A stretch of 64,000 nt of DNA from Podospora anserina (lineage: Eukaryota): positions 2,790,001 through 2,854,000 of the forward strand of contig CM030337.1 in the NCBI GenBank assembly GCA_017654855.1. The letters are read 5' to 3'. The notes beneath the pieces are model-generated. The model had not been told where the DNA came from, did not search any database, and saw nothing but the letters and a program-made list of their open reading frames with translations. The position numbers and the translations under genes were made by a program. This document shows, in pieces, positions 35,982-46,635 of this stretch; positions within the stretch are counted from its first letter, which is position 1, and each line of letters starts with the position of its first letter.

Positions 35982-37075
35982 ATGGGCAGCACCACCACCA
36001 CCACCCCCGACATTCGCCTGTCGACAGACTTAATCTCTCATCTCCAAAAAGCCATCCCTCAAGACGGAACCCGCGACTCCCTCCTCAGCTCCGTCATCCC
36101 TTCCCTTCTGAAGAGCGTGGCCGAGATCGCCAGAGACCTCCAAAGCTCCCACCACGTCTCTGCAGCCGGCACCTCCAACATCTTTGGCGATGACCGTACG
36201 CTTTCCTTCTCATCTCCTTGCCTCAGACCAAATCATACTAATCTCAACCCCCAGAACTCAACGTCGACGTCCAAGCCGAAGCCCACATCCGCCAAGCCAT
36301 CACCTCCTGTCCCACCATCGTCACCGCCTCCAGCGAAGAAGACCCGGTCGAACGCCCCGTTGTCCACACCTCCTCCTCCTCCTCCTCTTCCTCATGCCAC
36401 GAAAAATACACCCTCGCCTTCGACCCCCTAGACGGCAGCTCCATCATCCCCTCCAACTGGACGGTCGGCGCCATCATCGGCCTCTGGGACGGCCCCTCAG
36501 CCCTCAACACACCCCCCTCCAAATCCCAATTCCTCTCCATCCTGGGCGTATTCGGCCCCCGCACGACAGCCATCATCGCCATCCGGCTCCTGTCTTCCCT
36601 TCCATCAATCTGCCTAGAAGCAGGCCTTGACAACCTAACCCAAACATGGGAACTCACCCGCCCTGCTTTGTCTCTCTCGGCCCCGAACCCAAAGACCAAA
36701 TACTTTTCTCCGGCCAATCTGAGGTCGGCGTCGGATATACCGCAGTATGCCGGCTTGGTGAGCCAGTATATCGCCCAGGCGTACACGCTGAGGTACTCGG
36801 GGGGGTTGGTGCCGGATATTGTCCATGGGTTGGTCAAGGGACATGGGGTTTACTTGTCGCCGGTGAGTGAGAGGCACGGGGCCAAGTTGAGGAGGCTGTA
36901 TGAGCTTTGTCCCGTCGCGCTGGTGGTCGAGTGCGCGGGGGGGGAGGCGGTGGAGTTTGAAAGGGGGGGGAGGCGGATTTTGGAGAGGGAGGTCAGGGAG
37001 ACGGATGAGAGGGGGGGGGTTGTTTGCGGGAGCGGGGAGGCTGTTGCGGAGGCGGTGGGTAGACTGTTTGCCTGA
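35982..37075 (+). CDS. Sedoheptulose-1,7-bisphosphatase / class I FBPase-family protein
   Basis: Intron 36196-36255; NIFGDDQLNVDV, ASSEE, FDPLDGSS, LRYSGGLVPD and KLRRLYELCP motifs. Confidence 0.9.
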
Positions 37076-38144
37076 TTTCTGGAATAGAATGACGGAGCTT
37101 GGGGTCATAGTTGGGTGGTGTTTTTTGGACAGGGAGGATAGATTTGAAAGTATGTTTGATTGGAACGTTCGCCCCTCAGCACGCAAAATATCTAAATGTC
37201 TGCCCGGTCCGAGACACCCGGAAGCACGGCAAAGACAGCAACTAGTGATTGGCACCGGCGTTGATGCTTCTTTACCATGCCTGACTGGCGGTGGTTGCCG
37301 TTTGACATGGTTTTCGAAGCTTGATGATGTTGCGGAGTGGTCCTGGGTGATGGTAGGCATTGGAAATATGCCTTCGCAACCCAACGAGCGAAAGAAACAG
37401 AGACGCCTTGACTAATCTCCGTCGGGATGTTGACGGGGGTCATCAGCTTTCAAGGATCGTCAAAGGATCACGATAAAAGTCAGACCTTAGTGCAGAAGGA
37501 GACAGGGGTGAGAAGCTGTTTGCTATTTTAGACATTTTCTCCAGCAAACTTTATTTGCACCTCCGCAACTGTGGCTGACGGGCGGGCAACCGTTCCAGAG
37601 GCAGTGCAGCAGCTAAGCGCTAAACTTTGGCGACAACAGCCCCTGTCTTCAAAGATGAAGATGCCTTGACCACCAAGCCAGCAGCCAGATGCACCAAACG
37701 AAGCACATTCAGACCTCAAATTACAACCAACTCAACACCAGAATAACATACAACCCGAGACCTATCCATAAGCTGCGAATACCCACCTATACACTCTACT
37801 CTGCACCAGAAGAACCCGAAACAACCTCCCCCCTGTAGCAGCCGGCGTGGTGGAGCCCCTGTCATGTCATCAAAGCCAAGCTGTGTTTCCCTTGCTTGTC
37901 GCTGCCTGCCTCAGATCTCACCATGCGCGCGTGGTGTGAATCGGCGTGAGCCACGTTTGAGATGTTGAGATTTTCCCGATCGTGGTAGTTCCCCGACGGT
38001 GTTTTTTCTCCCCCTTCCCTCGTGGGAGGTGATGGGTGTATATCACTGACCCAACCTCTTTCGAGGAACTTCTGTTCGTTCCGTCAGACATCCTCTTCTC
38101 CTCTCCTGCCATCCGGCATCACCAACCAAACACTAAGCGCAAAA

Positions 38145-39263
38145 ATGCCCCCCAAAACCCTCCTCCTCCAAACCCTCCCCCCTATCCTCCTCAACCTCGC
38201 CACCCTCATCCTCTGCTGCTTGGTGATCTTCTCCGGCTTCAACAACTCCCTCACCTCCATCCACTGGCTCAAGGTATTTATTTCCTTCCTTTCCCGTGGG
38301 ACCCCTTATATCTGCTAACGATCCCCAGACCGACAACACAGCCATCTCCCTCCCCACCCCCTCCCCTCCTCGGCCCCCCTAAAAGACCTCTCAACCCTAA
38401 CCGGAACCGACTACCTCTCCCCTTCCTCCTCCCCCCTCCCAGACCACGCAACCCTCCACCTCCTGACGGAATGCTCCCTCAACCCCGCATCAACAACCTG
38501 CTCCCCCCCCGACATCAACTTCTGGTTCCGCCCCGAACGCGACCTCAAACTCTCCGAGCCCTCTCGCACCCACAACTCCATCCTCTTCAAGGACTCCCTC
38601 CGTTCCTACACCCGCTCGGCACGCTTCATCGAGTGGTCTTTCATCGTGGGTGTGATCTGCGCTCTTTCCGCCCCGGTGGAGAGCTACTTCTCCCCTTTGC
38701 TGGCAAGTATAACATGCGGGTTTGGGATGGTGTTCCTTGGCGCAGGGACGATAACAGGCGCCGTGATTTACAAGCGACTTTCCGACGCGATCAATGATGT
38801 CTTTGGCGGGTTTGGGATCGCGGCCAAGAACGGGGGCTGGCCGGTGGCGTTGGGATTGGTGGCGGCTGGGTTGTTGGGGGGGGCGTGCGGGGGGTATGTG
38901 ATTGCTTATAGGAGGCAGAAGGGGAAAGGGTGGAAGATGGGGGGGGGTAGTGAAAGGGGTGTTGAAGGGGGAGAGGTGGATGTGCCGCTTGTGGGTGGTT
39001 ACGAGAAGCAGAATAATGGTGGGCAGCGACAGCAGCAGCAGCAGCAGCAGCAGCAAGGGGTGGTGATGGGGGATAGGGATGTGGAACGGAGGATGGAGGA
39101 TGACTGGGCGGCGCCGGATGAGTATTCTGGGAGGAGGGGGGATGGGAATAACACGAAACGGAGTAGTAACGTCCCGCTTGTGTCGATGGGGGCGGGGGGG
39201 AATAACAGACAGACGAGGAATTTGAACACGGCGTATGAGCCGTACAGCCGTCAGCAGTTTTGA
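38145..39263 (+). CDS. SUR7/PalI-like membrane protein with an apparent 1-bp frameshift in a C-run near 38356-38361
   Basis: N-terminal TM helix; intron 38274-38328; extracellular Cys pair (LLTECSLNPASTTCSPP); three more TM helices. Exon 2 needs one extra C to stay in frame. Confidence 0.65.
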
Positions 39264-40035
39264 GGGGGTGATGATGGATGGATGAGAGAACAGTTCTCTT
39301 TTGTGTTGGGTAAGCGCCGATGGGCTAGGTCTTGAATTTTTTTTGGATAAGCAGCGACTTGTTTTATGGGAAAGGGTATCAATCTAGAGTCGGTTAGCAT
39401 GGTTGGGTATTTAGAAGAAATTGATAATGTAAAATTAGTTATCAAACCAAAATTCGTTCACATCAAAAGAAAAAATCGCGAAAAAAGTCACAAAAAAGTC
39501 AAAAAAAAAGAAAAAGAAAGAAAACAAGGTAAAAAAGCTCACCAGACCACCTCCCACCGGGGCTACCATCTCGCGGACTCCCTCCCAAGGGAGTCACCAA
39601 GGTCGGGAGCCGGTGGAGAGATGGCACCAAGTTATCGTCGTCACGACGGAGCTTGGAAGTCCAGCTACGAAAACCCTGCCGTGCGGGATTGTACCACCAG
39701 GGGGAGTCGAACGGGTGACCTCCAGCGCAGTGTTGGCCGAGACCAAGTTCTGGCAGGGTGGGAAAGCGCACCCTTGCACACTGACAGTTGCGCCATCCAA
39801 GCTGCGTTCTTATGGTTCAACTGCCAGTGTGGGATCGACGGAGGATGAGGTCGGACGTGGAGTATATATCTCCGTGCCTTCTCTGGAGCATCCGCGCACA
39901 ACAAACACCTGTCACGCCCATCCCGCGTTGCCTTCGTGTTTGTCATTCCAGCCTCAAACACTTCCGTTCTTGGTTGACCAGCTGCTTGCTTGCTACTTCA
40001 TCCCAGCTCTTCCCTCCAAACTTTAATGCCCAGGC

Positions 40036-41683
40036 TCACAACTTGAAATCGGCATTTGTCTTCTCCCATCCATCATTCGTCTCTTCCATCGCCGCCACCT
40101 TTTCCGACAATCTGACCTTCAAGCTGCGCGCCCTCTCCGTGCACAACTCATACATCGTCGTCAAATTAAACAACAAAGTATGCGACGACCGACCAGCATC
40201 CACCATTCCCTCCAACAATGCTCGTCCCTACAGTTAAAAACATTAGCAGCTCTCTCATCTCAACAAACAAAAGGAAAACACAACTCACCTCCTGCATCCT
40301 CCCCACATAAAGCAAACAAACGGCCAAATTCACCATCACCATCTCATCCCCCTCTTCCTCCTCCTCCAACTCCCTCCACTTCGCCACCGCCTCCTCATAC
40401 TCCCCATCCGCCATATCACACAAGGCCAAAACCACCTTCTCCCCCCTCGTGACCCCCCTCCCCTCCCCATTCATCACACACCCCCTCGCGGCATCCACAT
40501 CCCCCAACCTCAACCAAAGCAACGCCCTCATCATCTCCATCTTCCCCCCATCCCCAACCTTCAACCCCCTCAAGTGCTCCCCCGCCCCCTTCACATCCCC
40601 CATCTCCACCAACACCCCCGCAACCCTCACCCCCAAATCCTCCAACCTCTCCCTCCACAGCTCCCGCGAAGAGTTATCATGCTCCCCCATCGCCTCACCC
40701 AACCTCACCCTCGCCTCCCTCGCCAGCTCATAATAGCTCATCACCGCCCGCCTCAAATCCCCAAACCCAATCGCCTGCAGTCGTACATTCAACACCCTCA
40801 ACCCCCACGGAACAAGATGATGTGTCTTTCCCGACGTGGGATCCTCAGAGAGGTAAAACGCGCTGTTCAGATCCCCCAACGCTTTCACTTCCTGCGCCGC
40901 CAAGTCGGTCGAGTTGATCAAGGTCAGGCAGGCCCACCGGGTGTACAACAGGTCAAAAATCCTGACGTGGTCCGACGGGTCCGGCTGCTGGGGGGTGCGG
41001 CCTGTTCCGGTGAGGGTTTGCACGGCTGATATGGCGGCCGCGCGGAAGTGGCCCTTTTCCAAGAGTTCGGGAAGGGGGGTTTCGGGCGGCGGTTGCTTGG
41101 TTGAGTTGCGGAAGGCGGGGGGGATGTTGAGTGGGGTGAGGGGGTGGAAGATTTCGGGCCGGAGGAGGAAGGAGAAGTCTTTTGGTCGGAAGGGGGCGGT
41201 GCTGCCTGGGGGTGGCCGGCGGGGGGTTCCTGGTGTCGGGGAAAGTGCTGGGGAACGGGGGAGGGGGGAAGTAGCGCGGGGGGTGTGAGAGGGGTGCATT
41301 CTGGGGGTTGGCTGGGGGATGAACTGTGGGTTGGGGGATGGGGGGGTGGGTGCTGGGGTTGTGGTGGTTGTTGATGATGATGATGGTGGTGGGATGGTGG
41401 TTGATGGTTGGGAGGTTGCTGGTGGTGGGGCTAGCGGGCTGGTTGGGGGGGACGGAAAGAAGGATGGGTTAGTTGTCATGTGTTGAGATGTGAGAGAAGA
41501 GTTAGGTTACGGAGGAACTCACTCGGCGGCGTCGAGCGGACCTTTGGTGGAGGAGCGAGGGCGGGTGGCTTTGGAGTTTGGCAGGTCAGGACCAGATGTC
41601 AAGTGACGGTGGCTGGACGTACCTTTGACGGCCGACCGGGTCCGTTTGTGGCCCTTGCCGTCTTCTGGTTGTGTCTGATCCAT
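40036..41683 (-). CDS. TRAPP complex subunit TRAPPC12-like TPR protein
   Basis: LVPWGLRVLNVRLQ, TPR-like VNLAVCLLYVG and C-terminal exon LLFNLTTMYEL; small 5' exons and a 3' intron near 40232-40288. Confidence 0.75.
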
Positions 41684-41886
41684 TGTAGTGTTTGGCAAGC
41701 GCCTGGTGGTACTGATAATGGAATGTTGGGAACGATTCGCAGTGTAAACCAGGGGACGGAACTGGAGTGAGGTTGAGAACGATGGGGCTGGTGGGGCAAC
41801 TTGCCATGCCTCATGACAGCTGCGTCTGGCCGTCAGCACTGAAATCGGGCCGCCAAGACAAGATAATGGACACTGTAAAGTGAAAT

Positions 41887-42078
41887 GCCTATCAGGTATC
41901 TTTTGAGGTTTATTAACTATCTTTCAAGGTATATCAACTATTTAGAAGGTGGAAGGTCTGCTAATACTTGTTTGAAAAGGCCTGTTAGCTATATTTTGAG
42001 GCCTATTAACTATCCTTTTTCAGGTCTATTGCTATCTTCCAACGTCCATTAACTATTTTCGAAAGCCTGTCAATTAGG
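41887..42078. repeat. Degenerate AT-rich minisatellite, ~21-bp unit (approx. CCTATTAACTATCTTTTGAGG), ~8 copies
   Basis: Units include TTTATTAACTATCTTTCAAGG, CCTGTTAGCTATATTTTGAGG, CCTATTAACTATCCTTTTTCAGG and TCCATTAACTATTTTCGAAAG. Confidence 0.75.
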
Positions 42079-42312
42079 TTCAAGTCTCGATAACCGTGTT
42101 TTGTCCACGACGTACATGGCAACTGCCACTGCCTACATTACCTATCAACCTGCCCTCCGTCGTCCGACAGCAACATGAGCCAGAGGATTTCTTGCACACC
42201 TGGCTCTTTCACAATCTTCCAACCTACCAACTTAGCCAGGCGTCACATTCATTCATCAAAACACATTCATTCATCAAAACATCATTACAAACAACTATTA
42301 GCGCCCATCGTC

Positions 42313-43800
42313 ATGGATCACGATCGCCATGCTCGACGAGAGTGGAGTCACCGTTCGCGGGGTTACAAAATGGAGGGCCCTGTTTCCGGAATGATCGAAA
42401 CTCTCGAAAGTGGAATAGGTGTCGTCAAAACGCACCATGTCGAGATGAAACGGAACCTCCACTCGGCTTTCGCCATCCATTCGTCTATACATCTAGCCGA
42501 CCAGCGGGGCGGGTTCGATGAGCGTTGTCGAGACCCCGGCCTCCTCGACAAAATCATGACTCCACTGCCCATGGGCGCAGGCGACTTGTTCCCCGGGTGC
42601 TATGTATCAAAGCGTGCGTACGAGGAGTGGGATGTCGACGGCAAGGACACCATCACGATGCAACTTTGTTGCGAACAGCCCAATCACTTGGGTTTGCCAC
42701 CGGAGGCTATCACAGCCAATTTGGCGGTTGAGCTGTCTCCTCCCGCACCGCCCAACAGAAAGGGAGCGAAGTGGGAAAGGCATCGATATGGGCAGGTTTG
42801 GTTCCGGTTCAGCCTGAGCATGGAGACCGACATCTTCAACATGGTGACCAAGAGTCTGGACTTGCCCGGGGAATTACGAGCCATCAGGAAACTTCTCGCC
42901 ACCGCCGACCTGTTGGTGCAAGCAGCAGCTGAGAATACCATACATTGCAACTATGGGAACAGACCTTGGTAGTGCAAACCCGTCGTGGCGCCCTCTGGGG
43001 CATCTAGCAATGCGCCTGATGCCTTCGGCAGTAGAGCCGATGTCGTTTCCGCTGATACGGCTGCTGCCACTACAGCACTGGTGAACCTTCAAGGGGCTGG
43101 GGATCAAGAGGTGGCGAAGTTGACGGCCGAGAGGGACAAGTTCAGAAGTGATTGGGCGATGCTATCGACAGAGATACGAAACTTGAAAAATAATCTGGCC
43201 GTCGAAAAAAACAGCGCGGAGACGGCAGAGAAGAAGTTGGAGAAGGCAGAGAAGGGGCTGGAGAAGGTAGTTGAGGAGAGGGATAGGTTGAAGTCAAACT
43301 CCGAAAGGCAGGCCAAGCAAATCACAGCCCTGAATTATGCTCAAGTAAAACTCAGGAATGAGAACGCAAAACTCAAGGAGGAGCGGACAGAGGCGCAAAA
43401 TACAAAGAAGAAGTTGGAAAGAGAAGCCAAAGACCTCAGAGGGAAGAACGCTGTCTTGGAGGAAGATCGGAAGGCCGAAGAGGACAGGCAGCAGAAGGCT
43501 CGTGAGGAGGAGGACATGAGGCAGAAGATGCTTGATGCCAGAGAACAGAGCTTTTGTGAATGGGAAAGGTTGCTCGAGCAGAGGGAAAGGTCACTGGCCG
43601 AGAAGGAATGGTCACTGGCCGAGAAGGAATGGTCACTGGCCGAGAGGGAAAGGTCACTGGCCGAGGGCGCGCCTCAGCCGCAGCAGGAGGCCCTTCAGAA
43701 TGAGACTTCTCAAGCAGACAATAACACCATTCCGGAGAAGTCTTTCCGTCCGATTCCGGCATCTGACAATGCGGCAAGTGAAAGAAGGCAAAGTATTTGA
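42313..43800 (+). CDS. Orphan protein: globular N-terminal part and long coiled coil, separated by an in-frame TAG (42970-42972)
   Basis: ORFs 42175-42972 and 42985-43800 share a frame (RPW*CKPVVAP). The coiled-coil part has a 21-bp repeat (EKEWSLA) near 43582-43663. Confidence 0.65.
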
Positions 43801-44206
43801 GAAGGTGACTGTTGTTTTGGTTGGGAATGCTTGTGTCGATGATCTGTGGAGCAAGGATGGAAGGATTGGGTGGGTTATGGGGTAGCGATTGGAGATAGCG
43901 GATAATGAAGAATTTTTTGTTTGTTTGTTTATGTGAGTTGTTGTGCGATGTGAACAGAGCGAGGGGGGTGTTTATTTTGTCTAGTTATTACGTCTATCTA
44001 AATGACTTCGAGGATGGCCCCCCAAAAACAATAGTATCTATCATCACCGGGAAGAGAAGATTTCCAAAAGCAGGACACAGCCCAAAACCAGACGCCAGAA
44101 TACCAAACACCAAACACCAAACACCAACGGCACCTCCGAAAATATCTATCAGTCCCTCATGAAAGGCACCGCCTCTTCCTCTTGTTCAGATCGAGATGAG
44201 CGTCGT

Positions 44207-44443
44207 CTAAAAGCTGCTGCAGTGAGCCCGTGTGGTGTCAGCCTGGAAGCAAGCCCCGTCTCCTTTGCACTGGGAGGAAAGCTCCCAGACGTTGGCCACG
44301 TTGCAGACGTAGATGGCGCCGTCGGGGGGCGGGGCGCCGAACTGGTTCCCGCAGGCGAGGTTGCCGGGTGTTGTGCACGAGGCTGCCAAGCTCAGGCGGA
44401 CAAGAATGGCGATGAGGCAAGCCGTAAAGGGGTTTGAGAGCAT
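44207..44443 (-). CDS. Small secreted cysteine-rich protein (78 aa)
   Basis: Signal peptide to SLA-A; six Cys in the ~58-aa mature part; TATA-like TATATA near 44615. Confidence 0.8.
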   Translation of the reverse strand: MLSNPFTACLIAILVRLSLAASCTTPGNLACGNQFGAPPPDGAIYVCNVANVWELSSQCKGDGACFQADTTRAHCSSF

Positions 44444-44522
44444 TTTGAATATTGAGAAAGTTGATGATTAGAGTGAAGCTGGTGAATGGGGCAGTGGTTG
44501 TGTTTGCTGGGTATGCGGTTGG

Positions 44523-44557
<35 letters not shown>

Positions 44558-45283
44558 GGGGGGAAGGATGGTGTTGATGGATGGCAACCGGGGTGGGGAG
44601 GGAGATGGCTGATATATAGGGACATGCGAAGATTTGTTGTAGCTATTTATACGGTATCATCTTGTTCAGGTATATATTGGTTGTTTCTATCTCGAGAGAC
44701 CACCGGTGAGACCAAGACGGACCGGTGTTAGGCCAAGCTCAATTACAATTCGGAAGTTTTGCGTTCACAAATGCAACTCCGATGGTGTGTTCCATACTCT
44801 TGAGGAGCAGTAAAGTGTACGACATTCAAGAGACGTTAGGAGGAAGCTGGAGGGAGGTCCGGTGTTACAAGACGGCACGGTCCATCAAAAATCGCCAAGA
44901 TATATCTAAGCGGGCATAGAACCGATGGAAACCCGGATGGTGTGCCTGGGGAGGCAAAGTCAACGCCTCAAGGCCCATTATCAAGCCGGAAGCATCTTTC
45001 AACCGCCCCAAAAACACAGCTCGCAGGTCATGACATCTATTTAAGGAGTGTAAAGCTCTCAAGTGGGTATATAAGCGAACGTAAAAAACAGAGAGAGAGA
45101 TGTAAAAAAGGACTGTCGTGGGGCCCGTTCCTGTGCCACCAAAAATGTCAAAGACGTGCCGTGATTCCGTAAAAAAAAAAAAGTCTATATATGCGCAACC
45201 AAAAATATCTAACCCTCCGCCGCGCTGCCCGAAAACAAAGAAGTAAAACAACCGATCAAAAACTCCAACAGTGGCGGGTCAAG

Positions 45284-46635
45284 TTAGTCCCGAGTGATGG
45301 TCCACTTTGTCGAGACGTGGATGGCCGAAGGTTCGGTTGGGGAGCCGACTTCTGGGTCAGGACGTGCTGCTGTTGACGTTGTCAGCTTGCGTTCAGAGCA
45401 CCCGTCGTTGTTGCTGTCCGAGTCGCGGTCTTTGTCGTCCTCCTAATGGAAAATCAGTCAGCATCATTGTTGGGCTGGAGTCGATGGAAGATACAACAAA
45501 CATACCAACTCGATCCAAGCATTGTAGTTGCCCTTGACTGATGGTAATGGCGTGGCCTTGCCGCTTCGTGCGCCTTGGCCTGTGCTGGGGTCGGCATAGC
45601 CAGAGTTGTCGGCGGACGACTTGTACTTCTTTCTCCACCGAGTGTAAAAGGGCCGGAGCATCGGAATGTTGATGCAGATGCCAGCAAGCATGAGTTCGAT
45701 GCTGCAGAGCATAAAAGTGGTGAAGGAGGTGCCGGTGAAGTTGCCAACCATGTCGATGACAAAGATTTCACCAAAACGGACGAGGCCGATAACGACGCAA
45801 CTGGACATGCAGTGTTAGACTGGGACAAACATTGGGCGAGGCAGGGAACGTTGCATACGCGAGTCCGATGGCAAAGCACGAAGCAACGGCAACCTTTTCT
45901 GTCGTCCTCATTTGCAGTGACCAAACCGTCCGCATGGGTAGGACGATGATCATGAGGTCAGTCAAGATGTTGGTCATGATGACACACTTCAGCACCAAGA
46001 TTTGGTCCATGCATTTGCCGATACGCATCAGTGTCCACTGTTGCTCAATGGGGTCGCAGAGGAAGGTCAAGACAAAGGTGAAGATGATGGCCCAGGCTAT
46101 GCAAATGCCCGAGACGATCCAGATCCAGACTTTGAGATGTACGGAAAAGGCGCGAAGGTAAAACCACAGCTGGCTCATCTTGAGGGCAAACAAGGCCCAG
46201 ACGTAAACGATGGTGAAAATGAAGGTAATCTTCATCATGAACTCCAGGTTGTTCATGACTGTGACTTGTCAGTACAGCCGTCGATCGCTGGCAGTCTTGC
46301 ATATGGGCTCACGTGTGGGAAATAGCGGGGAGTCTGGGACCATGTCGTGCCCTACACCAGAGGAAAAGACTGCAGCATTGAACCCGATGGTGGTTCCAGT
46401 AAGGCACTGTTCAATTTGCCCATGGTTAGAACCCGTCGGCCACGGCAGCATCCCCCCAAGAAGCACTCACAAAGGCAGCGACAGCCAGAACATCATCGAG
46501 TCCGAGCCCGATCCCCCTGTGTCGAGCAACCACCCTGCCGGCAACCACAAACCCAAAGACGACCCATAAAAAAGATATCGCAATCATGGCGTCCCGGGCC
46601 CGGTCGACCATGGGGATGTTTATCCTTTCGCCCAT
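45284..46635 (-). CDS. Pth11-like integral membrane protein (no CFEM domain seen)
   Basis: GLGLDDVL, LKMSQLWFYLRAF, FLCDPIEQQW, TDLMIIVLPMRTVWSLQM and IELMLAGICINIPMLRP motifs, spread over several exons. Confidence 0.88.
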
